Shown here piece after piece: positions 19,958 to 31,451 of a DNA stretch of 64,000 bases. The position numbers and the translations under genes were made by a program. Below the pieces are notes generated by a model. That model had not been told where the DNA came from and made no database searches. It saw nothing but the letters and a program-made list of their open reading frames with translations. The stretch is from Trueperaceae bacterium (GTDB lineage: Bacteria; Deinococcota; Deinococci; Deinococcales; Trueperaceae). Every line of letters begins with the position of its first letter. The first letter of the stretch is position 1. The stretch lies in contig OZ243927.1 of NCBI GenBank assembly GCA_965213925.1, positions 1,344,001 to 1,408,000 on the forward strand. The letters are read 5' to 3'.

Positions 19958-21814
19958 TTGCAGCCGGAAACCGTGAAACGCCCCGAACGCTTGCAGCGCC
20001 TGCTATGGCTCGTCGTTTTATTAAGCCTGATTCCCGGACTTATTCTGGCGTATAACCGTGTCCGCGTCGAAGGCGGGAGCACGTCCGTCACCTTGCTGAT
20101 GGACGAGCAAGCTTTAGGCGAACAAGCCGCGTTTTTAGGCACGACCTCGTTCGAGTTAGCCAGTCGCTACCGCGAGGCGGGGCTCAACGGCGTGGCGCTC
20201 TACGAGGAGACGTTCGAGACGCTCGCGGCGCGTGGCAGCGTGGCGCTGCTGTCAGGAAACGCGGCGAGGGCCGAAGAGGTGCTGACGGAAGGCGACGCCA
20301 GCGTGCCCGCGAACAGCGTGCTGGTGACGGCGTTAGACGAGGGCGCTTTAGAAGACACCCTCGCTAAAAATACCCCGCAGCCTCAAGAGATTTCTTTAGG
20401 CAACGCGACCTGGTACGCCTACCCTGACCCCGGCGACGGTGAAGGCGAGGAGCGCCCGGCGGGACCGAACCGCCAAAAGATCGAACGTTATGCCCAGGCA
20501 GGTTGGGACATCGCGTACCGCCCCTACAACTATCCGGGCCTACAGGACGTGGGCACGGATTTTCCAGACGAGGCGAACTACCTCATCCACGGCGCGCTAG
20601 AGGTCGCGGGCAACCCCAACGCGCTCTCCGAGACGGTCGCCGCTTCGCAGGACTACCTCACGGGCGTCATCGAAGGGGTGGAGCAAGCGGGCATGGCGCA
20701 GCTCGCGGGCAAGGTGCCGGTGGCGCGCGTTTTCGGCATCAACCAGGACTGGCTCAACACCTTAGAGCCCGAGGTCGTGGTCGGTAAGTACGTGCTGGCG
20801 ACCAACGAGCGCGGGGCGCGGCTGCTCTACGTGCGCCCTTACACCGAAGAGACTGTAGGCGACATGGTCGAGAATACCGAGCGTCTGGTGCGCGGGCTGC
20901 GCACCTCCCTGGAGGCGGAAGGCTACCGCGTCGGGGAGGTGGCGCGGCTCGAGTACGACACCGTCCCCCTCTTGCGCGCCTTGAGCGCCGCCGGCGTTCT
21001 CGCCGGGCTCGCCCTCTTAGCGCTGATGTATCCGGGCGTGTGGGGCGTCGTCGTCGCCGTGTCTGTGTCTTCACTCGGCATCCTCGCGGGCGGCGCGGAC
21101 TGGGACGCGCTCGCGCTCGCCGCCGCGCTCGCTTTTCCGGTCTTAGGTTACGGGCTCCTGCCCGAGAAGCTCTCGAGCTTGGGTCTCGCTACGCTGATCT
21201 CACTCGCAGGCGCGGTGCTCCTAGCGGCGGTCGGCAGCGACCGCGAGGCGATGCTCGCCATTACGCCCTTTGCGGGCGTCGCCGCGACGCTCGTCGTGCC
21301 GCCCGCGCTCTTCTTGTTTCACTACGCCCTGCGCTACCGCCCGCCCGCGAAATGGGTCACCGACTTCTGGCGCTACCCGGTTCGCTTAGGCGACGTCGCG
21401 ATCGTCTTCTTCGGGCTCGCGGCGCTCGCGCTCGTTCTGCTCCGGCGCGGCAACTTCCCCGTTGTCGGCGCGAGCAGCGCGGAGTTGGGGCTGCGCGAGC
21501 TGTTATCCGAGTACTTCGCCAGACCCCGCTTCAAAGAACTCTTGGGGCATCCGCTCGCCGTCGTCGCGCTCACGAACGGCGGCTGGGCGGCTTGGCTCCG
21601 GGGGCTGCTCCTCACGGGCGGCGTGGTGGCGCAAGCGAGCATCGTCAACTCGTTTAGCCACTATCACACGCCGCTCCTGGTCTCTTTGGAGCGCACCCTC
21701 GTCGCCCTCGCCCTGGGGCTCGTGATCGGCCTTCTCCTCGTACCGCTCGCCCGACTCGCTACGGGCGGCGTCAAGCGCTGGCTCGGCAACGCGCGGCGCG
21801 CGCCGCAGGCTTAG
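19958..21814 (+). CDS. DUF5693-family membrane protein
   Basis: ERGARLLYVRP, RPRFKEL.GHP and NSFSH.HTP; lies directly upstream of csaB; start may be GTG at 19973. Confidence 0.85.
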   Translation: MQPETVKRPERLQRLLWLVVLLSLIPGLILAYNRVRVEGGSTSVTLLMDEQALGEQAAFLGTTSFELASRYREAGLNGVALYEETFETLAARGSVALLSGNAARAEEVLTEGDASVPANSVLVTALDEGALEDTLAKNTPQPQEISLGNATWYAYPDPGDGEGEERPAGPNRQKIERYAQAGWDIAYRPYNYPGLQDVGTDFPDEANYLIHGALEVAGNPNALSETVAASQDYLTGVIEGVEQAGMAQLAGKVPVARVFGINQDWLNTLEPEVVVGKYVLATNERGARLLYVRPYTEETVGDMVENTERLVRGLRTSLEAEGYRVGEVARLEYDTVPLLRALSAAGVLAGLALLALMYPGVWGVVVAVSVSSLGILAGGADWDALALAAALAFPVLGYGLLPEKLSSLGLATLISLAGAVLLAAVGSDREAMLAITPFAGVAATLVVPPALFLFHYALRYRPPAKWVTDFWRYPVRLGDVAIVFFGLAALALVLLRRGNFPVVGASSAELGLRELLSEYFARPRFKELLGHPLAVVALTNGGWAAWLRGLLLTGGVVAQASIVNSFSHYHTPLLVSLERTLVALALGLVIGLLLVPLARLATGGVKRWLGNARRAPQA

Positions 21815-21817
21815 GAC

Positions 21818-22817
21818 GTGGCGATGAACGTCCTTCTTAGCGGCTATTACGGCTTCGGCAACTTGGGCGATGAGGCGATCTTGAGCGGCTTAGTCGCAGG
21901 TCTCCGGGCGCAGGGGCACCACCTCGTCGTCCTGTCTAACAAGCCCGATAAGACGAGGGCGCTCCACGGCGTCGAGGCGGTGACGCGCTACCAAGGTCTC
22001 GTGCCCGCATTAATGCAGAGCGACGCGGTCGTCTCGGGCGGCGGCGGGCTCTTGCAAGACAGGACGAGCGCGCGCAGCTTGCGTTACTACTTGGGCATCC
22101 TCCGCCTCGCCAAAGCGCTCGGCAAGCGCCCGGTCGTCTACGCTCAGTCCGTCGGACCCCTCTCCCCGGCTGGAGCGCGCGCCGTGAAGCGCACCCTGAC
22201 AGGTCTTCCCGTCGCCGTGCGCGACGGCGCGTCGCAGCGTCTCCTCGCCTCGCTGGGCATCAGCGCCGAGTTGGTGGCGGACGCGGCCCTGCTCCTCCCG
22301 GAGCCCAGGGGCACGACGACGGTGAGCCTCACCCCGCCTGTACTGCTCATCCCGAGGGGGGGCTACCCCGAAATCACCGAGTCACTCATCGCCTTAGCTA
22401 AAGCGCTGCGGGTCAAGGAGCGTACCTTTAGCAGGCATGGCGATTCAGCCGGACCAAGACGACGCGCCCCTCAAGAGCCTTAAAGAAGCGGTGCCCGAAC
22501 TCGCTCTCTGGCGCGCGGACACGCCGAGCGCCGCTGTTAGCACCGTCGCGGGCGCGACGCACGTCGTCTCGGCGCGGCTGCACGGGCTCGTCTTTGCGGC
22601 CGTCGCCAAGCGCCCTTTTAGCGCCGTCGTCTACGACCCCAAGGTCGCCGCGTTCGCGGAAGAGGCGAGCGCAAATGCGTACCGGGTGCCGCTCGCGCTG
22701 GATGAAATCGTAGCGCGCGTCACCGCCCCGGCGGAAACAGCGTCTGCAGCAATAGACGCGCTTCAAGAGAGGGCGGCGCGCGGGCTTTTGTGGCTCGACG
22801 AAGCGTTGCGGGGCTGA
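21818..22817 (+). CDS. csaB: Polysaccharide pyruvyl transferase CsaB, split by an apparent +1 frameshift near 22418
   Basis: SGYYGFGNLGDEA and GGGGLLQD.TS in ORF 21818-22483; RLHG...YDPKV in ORF 22437-22817. Confidence 0.88.
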
Positions 22818-22855
22818 AACAGCCACGCTCACCTAAAAACGCTAGAATAACCACC

Positions 22856-23637
22856 ATGAGGCACCGGTCTAAACAGCGCTTGGTCGGGCTTATCCTTCTT
22901 TGCGCAGCGCCTCTGGCGTTCGGACAACCTGCAGCGCCTTTAGAGGAGATGCGCGCGCTGCTCCAAGAGGGGCTTTACGCGCTCGCGGCTCAGGTCGAAG
23001 GACCCGAACTCGTGCGGGCGCTACCGGAGAGCGCCGAAGCGCACTACCTCTACGCCAAAGCGCTCTACCTCACGGGCGACCTCGCCACCGCCGAAGCGCA
23101 ACTTAAGCAGAGATACCAGCGGACGAATTTGGGGGCGACTACGTCCAGCTAGAGGCGCTCATCGCCGCCTCGAGCGGCGACCTCGTAAGAGCACAGGTCC
23201 TGCTAGAGACGACCTTCGCGCAGACGCCTAGCTACGAGGTCGCGATGGACTTGGGGCGCGTCGCGTGGCAAGCGGGCGACTTCGCCAGAGCGCTGAGTGC
23301 GTACAAAGCTGCGGCTGAAACGCCCGAGGGCGAAACCGCGCCCTGGCCTCACCTCCACCGCGCCAGGCTTCTGGCACTTAGGGGCGACTATGAAGCGTCT
23401 ATTGAGGTGTGGAACAGCGCCCTGAACGTCCTAGATAGCGTTAGCTTAGCGGACGGCGCGGGCGACACGCTCCCCTCGCCCGCCTACGTCGAAGCGTTTT
23501 ACGGCTTGGGCGAGGCGTACGAGGCGCTCGGCGAGCCACAAGAAGCCGCCGCGAACTACGACGCCGCTTTAGCCGCCGACCCGACCTTCGAGCCTGCGCT
23601 CGAGGCTTTGGAGCGTCTCAGCGAGACTGTTCAATAA
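22856..23637 (+). CDS. Exported TPR protein, split by an apparent frameshift near 23105
   Basis: Signal peptide; TPR helices (AHYLYAKALY, FYGLGEAYEALG...AL..DP) continue in the shifted frame. Confidence 0.75.
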
Positions 23638-23773
23638 AACAACGCGTCAGTGCTACGTCATCTCCAGACATCCTCTAAAAGGGTGAAAGGGCTGGCAGAA
23701 CGCCAACGTCAGCCTTGATCCCTTCGTATCTACTCAACAAGCCCGGCGTATTCGAGCCGCTATACTGGTCGCT

Positions 23774-24499
23774 ATGCCCGTGATCAGACCCTTTAGCCTC
23801 CTAGCCAACGTCTACGACGCCATTATGGGCGACGTGCACTACGAAGGCTGGACCGACTTTATCTTACGCGAGGCTGACAGAGTTGGTTGGAGCGGGCACA
23901 AGGTTTTAGATTTGGGCTGCGGCACGGGGAATTCAACGTTTCCTTTTTTCTCGAGGGGCTTCCACATAACCGGGCTCGACGCCTCGCCCGAAATGCTCCG
24001 CGTCGCTCGCGACAAACTGCCCCCTGTGTGCTTCGTAGAGGGCGACTTTACCTCTTTCGAGTTTGACGAAACCTTTGACCTGGTGATCTCTGTTTTTGAT
24101 TCGCTGAATAATTTGCTCGAGCCCCGCGACCTCTTGCGCACCGCCGAGCGCGTGTACCGTCACCTCACGCCCGGTGGTCTTTTCATCTTCGACGTCAACA
24201 CCACCGTCGGCTTGCGCGACCTCTGGGAGAGCGGACGCGCCGAAGGGTGGGTGGACGAGGTGCATTACAGTTGGGATCACACCTTTGATGAGACCACGGG
24301 CATCGGCACCGTGACGGCGTTTTGCGAGCGGAACGGACGCGCTTTTGTCGAGGTGCATGTCGAGCGCGCGTACGACCCGCCGGAGCTTAGAAGGTTGCTC
24401 GCGCAAGCAGGGTTTGTAGAGGTTGAGATCGTGACCTATCCAACGGGAGAGCCAGCAGAAGAGGACGAGGAGCGGGTTTGGGTAGTGGCGAAGAGGTAG
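23774..24499 (+). CDS. Class I SAM-dependent methyltransferase
   Basis: VLDLGCGTG, GLDAS..ML, DSLN and PGG.FIFD motifs. Confidence 0.92.
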   Translation: MPVIRPFSLLANVYDAIMGDVHYEGWTDFILREADRVGWSGHKVLDLGCGTGNSTFPFFSRGFHITGLDASPEMLRVARDKLPPVCFVEGDFTSFEFDETFDLVISVFDSLNNLLEPRDLLRTAERVYRHLTPGGLFIFDVNTTVGLRDLWESGRAEGWVDEVHYSWDHTFDETTGIGTVTAFCERNGRAFVEVHVERAYDPPELRRLLAQAGFVEVEIVTYPTGEPAEEDEERVWVVAKR

Positions 24500-24536
24500 A
24501 ACTCGGGTCGCGAGTTACGGCGAACGTTTGACGGCA

Positions 24537-25730
24537 TTAACGCTCCATCCTTTCGAAAATCGCCCCGATGCCCTGCCCACCGCCGATGCACATCGTCACC
24601 AAAGCGTAGCGCCCGTCTATACGCTCGAGTTCATACAGCGCTTTCACCGTGATCAGACAGCCCGTCGCGCCGATGGGGTGACCCAGCGAGATGCCGCTGC
24701 CGTTCGGGTTGGTGCGCTCCACCGGCAAGTCGAGTTCTTTGATGACAGCGAGCGCTTGCGCGGCGAAAGCTTCGTTGAGTTCGATCACGTCCAAATCATC
24801 CTTGCTGAGCCCGGTTTTCTCGAGCAGTTCCTTGATGACCGGCACCGGACCGATGCCCATGTATTTCGGGTCCACCCCGGCGAAGGCGTAGTCGACAAGC
24901 CGCGCCGTCGGCTTCACGCCCTGCGCCTTCGCGGCTTCAGCCTCCATCATGACAACCGCGGACGCGGCGTCGTTGAGTCCAGCCGCGTTGCCCGCGGTGA
25001 CGGTGCCCTCTTTGTCGAAAACGGGTTTCAGTTTCGCCATCCCTTCGGGCGAGGCGTCGGAGCGCACGTGCTCGTCGGTGTCGAACGTGACCGTGTCGCG
25101 CTTCTGCTTGACCTCGACGGGCAGAATTTGCGACTTGAAGAGACCTTCTTCGGTGGCTTTGGCGGCGCGGCGGTGGCTCTCGACCGCCAGCTCGTCTTGC
25201 TCCTCGCGGCTGATGTCGTACTTCGCAGCGAGGTTCTCCGCGGTCATGCCCATGTGACAGTCGTGAAAGGGGTCGGTGAGTGCCCCAGTCGTGGCGTCAA
25301 GCACTTTCGCGTCGCCCATGCGCTTGCCCCAGCGCAGGCTCGGCAGCCAGTACCCGCCGCTGCTCATGACCTCTGCGCCGCCCGCCACCACCGCGTCACA
25401 GTCGCCCAACATCACGAGCTGCGCCGCCGAGACGATCGCGTTCATGCCGCTGCCGCAGAGCCGGTTGAGGGTAAACGCGGGCGTCGCGTGGGGCAAGCCG
25501 CCGTCCACAGCGGCGACGCGCGCTAGGTACATGTCTTTGGGCGCGGTGTGGATGACGTTACCGAAGACGACGTGCCCTATAGTGCTGGGCTCTAACCCAC
25601 TGCGTTTCACCGCTTCCTTCGTCACCTGCGCGGCTAAATCGCTAGGATTTTTGTCCTTGAGCATCCCGCCGTAACCGCCCACTGCCGTGCGGACTCCGCT
25701 CACCACGACCACTTCGCGTCCTTGCGCCAT
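24537..25730 (-). CDS. Acetyl-CoA C-acyltransferase (thiolase, BktB-like)
   Basis: NRLCGSG, NEAFA, GHPIGATG and MCIGGGQG; GGAGG RBS before ATG at 25730. Confidence 0.95.
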   Translation of the reverse strand: MAQGREVVVVSGVRTAVGGYGGMLKDKNPSDLAAQVTKEAVKRSGLEPSTIGHVVFGNVIHTAPKDMYLARVAAVDGGLPHATPAFTLNRLCGSGMNAIVSAAQLVMLGDCDAVVAGGAEVMSSGGYWLPSLRWGKRMGDAKVLDATTGALTDPFHDCHMGMTAENLAAKYDISREEQDELAVESHRRAAKATEEGLFKSQILPVEVKQKRDTVTFDTDEHVRSDASPEGMAKLKPVFDKEGTVTAGNAAGLNDAASAVVMMEAEAAKAQGVKPTARLVDYAFAGVDPKYMGIGPVPVIKELLEKTGLSKDDLDVIELNEAFAAQALAVIKELDLPVERTNPNGSGISLGHPIGATGCLITVKALYELERIDGRYALVTMCIGGGQGIGAIFERMER

Positions 25731-25826
25731 CTCTGCCTCCTCATGAATCATTAGCTACCTTGTTTTGTTCTGCACGTTATCTGGTTGGGACAGGATAGCA
25801 GATTACCGCCGTGCTTGACGAGAACA

Positions 25827-25868
25827 GGAAACGAACTTTTGTCATCACACCCTAAAAGTTCGTTTTCC
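25827..25868. promoter_or_regulatory. Inverted repeat in the divergent thiolase/prp promoter region (candidate operator)
   Basis: GGAAACGAACTTTT-13 nt-AAAAGTTCGTTTTCC, just downstream of a TTGACG hexamer. Confidence 0.45.
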
Positions 25869-25998
25869 TTTGCCGGAACGTACCGCAATTCAGCGTGTAC
25901 GCTTCGCCAAAACTTCGTACACAGCACTTCAATTCGTCAGGAAGACCTAGAATGCTGACACACTGATCATCGGCACGTTGAGAAGAAAGGGGAAAAAG

Positions 25999-26889
25999 AT
26001 GAAACGACCAGGTGAACGCTTTCGTGAGGCGGTCGAGGCGCACGCGCCGCTGCCCGTCGTCGGGACGGTCCACGCCTACGCCGCGCTCATGGCGGAGCGC
26101 ATCGGACATAAGGCAATCTATCTGTCGGGTGGCGGGGTGGCGAACGCCTCACACGGTCTACCAGACTTAGGCGTCACGACGATGCACGACGTGCTCGAGG
26201 ACGCGCGGCGCATCACCTCCGCGAGCGAGTTGCCCCTACTCATTGACATCGACACGGGCTTTGGCGGCGCGTTCAGCATCGCCCGCACCGTGAAAGAGGC
26301 CATCAAAGCGGAGGTGGCGGGCGTGCACATCGAGGACCAAGTGTTGCAAAAACGCTGCGGACACCGCCCGAATAAAGCCATCGTCCCCTTAGAGGAGATG
26401 GTGAACCGCGTCAAGGCTGCCGTGGACGCCAAGACCGACGACAGCTTCGTGATCATGGCCCGCACCGACGCGCTCGCCGTCGAGGGGATGGACGCGGCGA
26501 TTGAACGCGCCGTCGCCTGCGCCGAGGCGGGCGCGGACATGGTCTTCCCCGAGGCGATAGAGACGTTGGAGCAGTACGGGAGGTTCGCCGAAGCCGCCAA
26601 AATTCCTGTTATGGCCAACCTGACCGAGTTCGGCAAAACGCCGCTTTTTAACCGCGCGGAGCTAGCTGAGGTCGGCGTCAAGCTGATGCTCTACCCGCTC
26701 AGCGCCTTTCGCGCCATGAACCGCGCGGCTGAGCGCGTGTACAGGAGCATCCTGGACGAAGGCGACCAAAGGGCCGTCGTTGAAAACATGCAGACCCGCG
26801 AGGAACTCTACGACTATCTGGACTACGAGGCGTACGAACGGAAACTGGACGAACTCTTCGCGGAGGAGGAACCAGCGTGGCAGGGCTGA
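25999..26889 (+). CDS. prpB: 2-methylisocitrate lyase
   Basis: [31 protein letters not shown] and MQTREELY. Confidence 0.97.
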   Translation: MKRPGERFREAVEAHAPLPVVGTVHAYAALMAERIGHKAIYLSGGGVANASHGLPDLGVTTMHDVLEDARRITSASELPLLIDIDTGFGGAFSIARTVKEAIKAEVAGVHIEDQVLQKRCGHRPNKAIVPLEEMVNRVKAAVDAKTDDSFVIMARTDALAVEGMDAAIERAVACAEAGADMVFPEAIETLEQYGRFAEAAKIPVMANLTEFGKTPLFNRAELAEVGVKLMLYPLSAFRAMNRAAERVYRSILDEGDQRAVVENMQTREELYDYLDYEAYERKLDELFAEEEPAWQG

Positions 26890-27980
26890 AGGGACAGGTC
26901 GCCGGGGAGACGGCGCTCTGCACAGTAGGCAAAGAGGGAACAGGTCTGACCTACCGGGGGTACGACATCCAGAGCTTGGCGAAGGGTGCGCTGTTCGAAG
27001 AGGTCGCGTACCTGCTCATCGAGGGCGAGTTGCCGGACCGGGAGGCGCTGAGTGCGTTTAAGGAACGTTTGCAGGACCACCGAGGCGTGCCCGAGTTGGT
27101 GCGCACCGTCCTCGAGCAGCTTCCCGCCGACGCCCACCCGATGGACGTCCTGCGCTCCGGCGTGTCGGCGCTCGGCTCCGCGGAACCCGAGACCGACTTC
27201 GCCGAGCAACAGGGGGTGGCGGAGCGTCTTTTAGGGGTGATGCCCTCGTTCCTTTTCTACTGGTATGGTTTCGCGCAGCGCGGTGAGCGCGTAGATACGG
27301 TGACGGACAGTGACACGTTGGCGGGACACTTTCTCGAGCTGCTCTACGGCGAGAGCGCCGACGACCTCGCCGTGCAGGTCCTCAACGCTTCGCTGGTCCT
27401 CTACGCCGAGCACGAGTTCAACGCCTCGACCTTTACGGGGCGCATCATCGCCTCGACCCTGTCGGACATGTATTCGGCAGTCGCGGGGGCTATCGGGGCG
27501 CTACGCGGTCCGCTGCATGGCGGCGCAAACGAAGCGGCGATGGCGATGCTCGCCGATTTTGGGAGCCCAGACGAGGCGGAGGAGGCGGTGTTGGGAAGGC
27601 TCGAGCGCAAAGAGAAGGTGCCAGGCTTCGGACACGCGGTCTACACGTCGTCCGACCCGCGCCACGCCATCATCAAGGAACAGGCTAAAAAGCTTGCCGA
27701 GCGAGCCGGTGATGAGACGCTCTTCCCGATCGCCGAGCGGGTCGAAGCGGTCATGGACCGCGAGCGGGGGCTGTTTCCCAATACCGACTTCTACCACGCG
27801 CTGGCGTATCACTACCTGGACATTCCCACGGAACTCTTTACGCCTATTTTCGTCTGCTCGCGCCTGAGCGGGTGGGTCGCGCACGTGATGGAGCAGCGGG
27901 CGAACAACAAGCTGATCCGCCCGAGCGCCTCTTATGTCGGTCCCGACCTGCGCGACTTCGTCCCATTAGGGCAGCGGTAG
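26877..27980 (+). CDS. prpC: 2-methylcitrate synthase
   Basis: [27 protein letters not shown] and FPN.DFY; operon context. Confidence 0.95.
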   Translation: MAGLKGQVAGETALCTVGKEGTGLTYRGYDIQSLAKGALFEEVAYLLIEGELPDREALSAFKERLQDHRGVPELVRTVLEQLPADAHPMDVLRSGVSALGSAEPETDFAEQQGVAERLLGVMPSFLFYWYGFAQRGERVDTVTDSDTLAGHFLELLYGESADDLAVQVLNASLVLYAEHEFNASTFTGRIIASTLSDMYSAVAGAIGALRGPLHGGANEAAMAMLADFGSPDEAEEAVLGRLERKEKVPGFGHAVYTSSDPRHAIIKEQAKKLAERAGDETLFPIAERVEAVMDRERGLFPNTDFYHALAYHYLDIPTELFTPIFVCSRLSGWVAHVMEQRANNKLIRPSASYVGPDLRDFVPLGQR

Positions 27981-27989
27981 GAGACGCGG

Positions 27990-29441
27990 ATGAGTCCCAA
28001 CGCCGACCTTAACGAACGCCCGCAATCCGACGAGATTCTCGTGACGCTCGCCGACTACGCCGCGAACGCAGAGATCAGTAGCGGCGAAGCTTACCGCACA
28101 GCCCGGCACTGCTTGATGGACACGCTGGGCTGCGGCTTCTTGGCGCTCCGCTTCCCCGAATGTACGAAGCATCTAGGACCTATCGTGCCGGGAACGGTGG
28201 TGCCCAACGGCGCGAAAGTCCCCGGCACCGCCTTTCAGCTCGACCCCATCAAGGCGGCCTTTGACCTCGGCGCGATGGTTCGCTGGCTGGACTATAACGA
28301 CACCTGGCTGGCGGCCGAGTGGGGGCATCCGTCCGACAATCTAGGTGGGATTTTAATGGTAGCGGACTTTCTGTCGCGTCGGGCGGTCGCTGAAAGCAAG
28401 GAGCCCTTGATGATGCGCGACGTGCTCACCGCCATGATCAAAGCGCATGAGATTCAGGGCGTGCTGGCGCTGGAGAACAGCTTTAACCGCGTCGGCTTAG
28501 ACCACGTCGTCCTCGTAAAAGTCGCCTCGACCGCCGTGGTGACAAGGCTTTTGGGCGGCGACGAGGCGACGATCGTGGACGCGCTGTCGCAGGCTTGGGT
28601 CGACGGGCAAGCGTTACGCACCTACCGCCACGCGCCTAACGCGGGCTCGAGAAAGTCCTGGGCTGCCGGCGACGCCACCGCCCGCGCGGTGCGCCTCGCG
28701 CTGATCACTATAAAGGGCGAGATGGGGCTTCCTTCGGTGCTGCGGGCGAAGAACTGGGGCTTTTACGACGTGCTGTTTGAGGGCAAGACGTTCGAGCTGG
28801 CGCGGCCTTTAGAGAGCTACGTCATGGAGAACGTCCTCTTCAAAATTTCCTACCCCGCCGAATTCCACGCGCAAACGGCGGTCGAGGCGGCGGTGGACCT
28901 CCATCCGGTGGTGGTGGAGCGCCTGGACGACATCGAAACGATCACGCTCACCACGCACGAGTCGGCGATCCGGATCATCTCGAAAACGGGTCCGCTTAAT
29001 AACCCCGCCGACCGCGACCACGCGCTGCAGTACATGGTGGCGGTTGCGCTTCTCTACGGAAATTTGGTAGCCGAGCACTACGAAGACAGTTTTCACGAGG
29101 GCGACCCGCGCATCGACGCGCTACGGGACAAGATGGAGGTCGTCGAGGACGAGCGCTACAGCCGCGAATACTTTGAAGAGGACAAACGCTCGATCGCGAA
29201 CGCCGTGCAGCTTCACTTTAAGGACGGCTCGAGCAGCGAGCGCGTCGAGGTGGCGTACCCCATCGGACACCGCCGCCGCCGCGACGAAGGCATCCCTAAG
29301 CTCGAGGAGAAGTTCTACCAGAACTTGCGAACCCGCTTCCCCGAACCGCGTGCCCAGGCGATTCAAGCACGCTGTGACGACCAGGAAAAGCTCGAGGCAA
29401 CACCCGTCAATGAGTTTGTAGACATGTTAGTCGTCCCCTAA
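27990..29441 (+). CDS. prpD: 2-methylcitrate dehydratase
   Basis: [26 protein letters not shown] and [12 protein letters not shown]. Confidence 0.97.
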   Translation: MSPNADLNERPQSDEILVTLADYAANAEISSGEAYRTARHCLMDTLGCGFLALRFPECTKHLGPIVPGTVVPNGAKVPGTAFQLDPIKAAFDLGAMVRWLDYNDTWLAAEWGHPSDNLGGILMVADFLSRRAVAESKEPLMMRDVLTAMIKAHEIQGVLALENSFNRVGLDHVVLVKVASTAVVTRLLGGDEATIVDALSQAWVDGQALRTYRHAPNAGSRKSWAAGDATARAVRLALITIKGEMGLPSVLRAKNWGFYDVLFEGKTFELARPLESYVMENVLFKISYPAEFHAQTAVEAAVDLHPVVVERLDDIETITLTTHESAIRIISKTGPLNNPADRDHALQYMVAVALLYGNLVAEHYEDSFHEGDPRIDALRDKMEVVEDERYSREYFEEDKRSIANAVQLHFKDGSSSERVEVAYPIGHRRRRDEGIPKLEEKFYQNLRTRFPEPRAQAIQARCDDQEKLEATPVNEFVDMLVVP

Positions 29442-29494
29442 AGTGTGCTACCCTAACGGCACGTCAAAAATATAGTGATTTTAGGAGGACTTCG

Positions 29495-31399
29495 ATGAGC
29501 TACGAGAGCGAGTTTCAGCGTTCGCTTGACGACCCGAGCGGCTTTTGGTTGGAGAAAGCTGAGGCGATTTCTTGGTACACAAAGCCAAGCCAAGGTCACA
29601 GTACGGACGACAACGGCGCAGACCGCTGGTTTGCGGACGGCGAGCTGAACACCTGCTACCTCGCGCTCGACCATCACGTCGAAAGTGGACGCGGCGACCA
29701 GGCGGCGCTCATCTACGACTCGCCCGTGGTCGGGATGCAGCGGGGCGAGGGTCCGGTTATTCAGACGTACAGCTTCGAGAGGTTGCGAGATGAGGTCGCT
29801 AAGGTCGCGGGGATGCTCGCCGCTCTAGGTGTGGGTAAGGGCGACCGCGTCGTCATCTACATGCCGATGGTGCCCGAAGCGGTCATGGCGATGCTGGCGT
29901 GTGCGCGCTTGGGGGCAGTTCATTCGGTCGTCTTCGGCGGCTTCGCCGCGCACGAATTAGCGGTGCGAATCGATGACGCTCAACCTAAAGTCATGCTGTC
30001 AGCGTCGTGCGGCATCGAGGTGGACCGGATCATCTCCTATAAACCCCTGCTCGACGCGGCGCTAAAAGAGGCGAGCCACGCGCCCGAGCACTGCGTTATC
30101 TTGCAGCGCCCTGAGAGCGAATGCGAGCTTACCGAGGGACGCGACTTGGGGTGGCACGCACAAGTCGCCAACGCCGAGCCCGTAGGCTGCGTGAGCGTCA
30201 AAGCGACCGACCCCTTGTACATCCTCTACACCTCCGGCACGACAGGTCAACCTAAAGGGGTCGTGCGCGACCACGGCGGTCACGCGGTGGCGCTGCGCTA
30301 CAGCATGGACCTCGTTTACGATGTGCAGCCCGGCGACGTGTACTGGGCCGCCTCGGACGTCGGCTGGGTGGTCGGGCACTCCTACATCGTCTACGCGCCG
30401 CTCATCACGGGCTGCACCACGGTGCTCTATGAGGGCAAACCCGTCAATACACCTGGCGCGGGCGCGTTCTGGCGCGTGATAGAGCAGCACAAGGTCAAAG
30501 CGCTCTTCACCGCGCCGACCGCGTTTCGGGCGATCAAAAAGGTGGACCCTAAAGCTGAATCGCTGCAAAACTACGACATCAGCTCGCTCGAAACTGTCTT
30601 CTTAGCGGGCGAACGTCTCGACCCGCCGACCTTTGAGTGGATCACCAAGGTTACGGGCAGACCCGTCTATGACCACTGGTGGCAGACCGAGACGGGCTGG
30701 GCTATTTGCTGCAACCCGATAGGTATCGAGCCCGCGCCCGTCAAGCCGGGCTCCGCGACCTTTCCCGCGCCCGGCTACGACGTTCAAATTTTAGGGGAGG
30801 ACGGCAGCGAGTTGCCCCCCGGCAAGGACGGCTACGTCGTCGTCAAGCGCCCTCTGCCGCCGAGCTGTCTGCCCACCGTGTGGGACAGCTTCGAGCGGTT
30901 CGAAGAGAGCTATATGACCTTTTTCCCCGGCTATTACCTCACCGGCGACGGCGGCTACTTCGACGCGGACGGTTATGTATTCGTGATGGGACGAATCGAT
31001 GATGTGATCAACGTCGCCGGACACCGCTTATCGACCGGAGAGATAGAAGAGGTCGTGGGCGCGCATTCGGCGGTGGCGGAGTGCGCAGTCGTCGGCGTCC
31101 CCGACGAACTCAAAGGGGAAGTGCCTATCGGTTTAGCCGTGCTTAAAGACGGCGCGGACGTTGACGCGGCGCAGCTTCACGCGACCTTGAGGCAAAATAT
31201 CCGCGACGAGGTCGGGGCGATTGCATCATACGATAGGACGATCATCGTCAAGCGCTTGCCCAAAACCCGCTCGGGCAAGATTTTGCGCCGCACCCTGCGC
31301 CAGATTGCCAAAGGGGAAGACTACGCTACACCTTCGACAATTGAAGACCCTGCTATTCTGGAGGAGATCGAAGACCTTATGGAGAGCCGTCCCGACTGA
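29495..31399 (+). CDS. prpE: Propionyl-CoA synthetase
   Basis: YTSGTTGQPKG, DHWWQTETG and LPKTRSGK; operon context. Confidence 0.9.
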   Translation: MSYESEFQRSLDDPSGFWLEKAEAISWYTKPSQGHSTDDNGADRWFADGELNTCYLALDHHVESGRGDQAALIYDSPVVGMQRGEGPVIQTYSFERLRDEVAKVAGMLAALGVGKGDRVVIYMPMVPEAVMAMLACARLGAVHSVVFGGFAAHELAVRIDDAQPKVMLSASCGIEVDRIISYKPLLDAALKEASHAPEHCVILQRPESECELTEGRDLGWHAQVANAEPVGCVSVKATDPLYILYTSGTTGQPKGVVRDHGGHAVALRYSMDLVYDVQPGDVYWAASDVGWVVGHSYIVYAPLITGCTTVLYEGKPVNTPGAGAFWRVIEQHKVKALFTAPTAFRAIKKVDPKAESLQNYDISSLETVFLAGERLDPPTFEWITKVTGRPVYDHWWQTETGWAICCNPIGIEPAPVKPGSATFPAPGYDVQILGEDGSELPPGKDGYVVVKRPLPPSCLPTVWDSFERFEESYMTFFPGYYLTGDGGYFDADGYVFVMGRIDDVINVAGHRLSTGEIEEVVGAHSAVAECAVVGVPDELKGEVPIGLAVLKDGADVDAAQLHATLRQNIRDEVGAIASYDRTIIVKRLPKTRSGKILRRTLRQIAKGEDYATPSTIEDPAILEEIEDLMESRPD

Positions 31400-31451
31400 T
31401 ACAGTTTCCAGGCAATTCCCATAAGAATTGTTCGAGAACCGCATCAGTCCT

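Noticed and set aside
22400..23120. Programmed frameshifting or phase variation in csaB and the TPR gene
   Set aside because: No slippery heptamer, homopolymer or short tandem repeat at the shift sites.
24528..25526. Long antisense or overlapping ORFs (for example 24528-25526, 12676-13506, 15101-16063, 7320-8075, 62728-63459)
   Set aside because: They are shadows of well-supported genes in high-GC DNA and carry no recognisable motifs.
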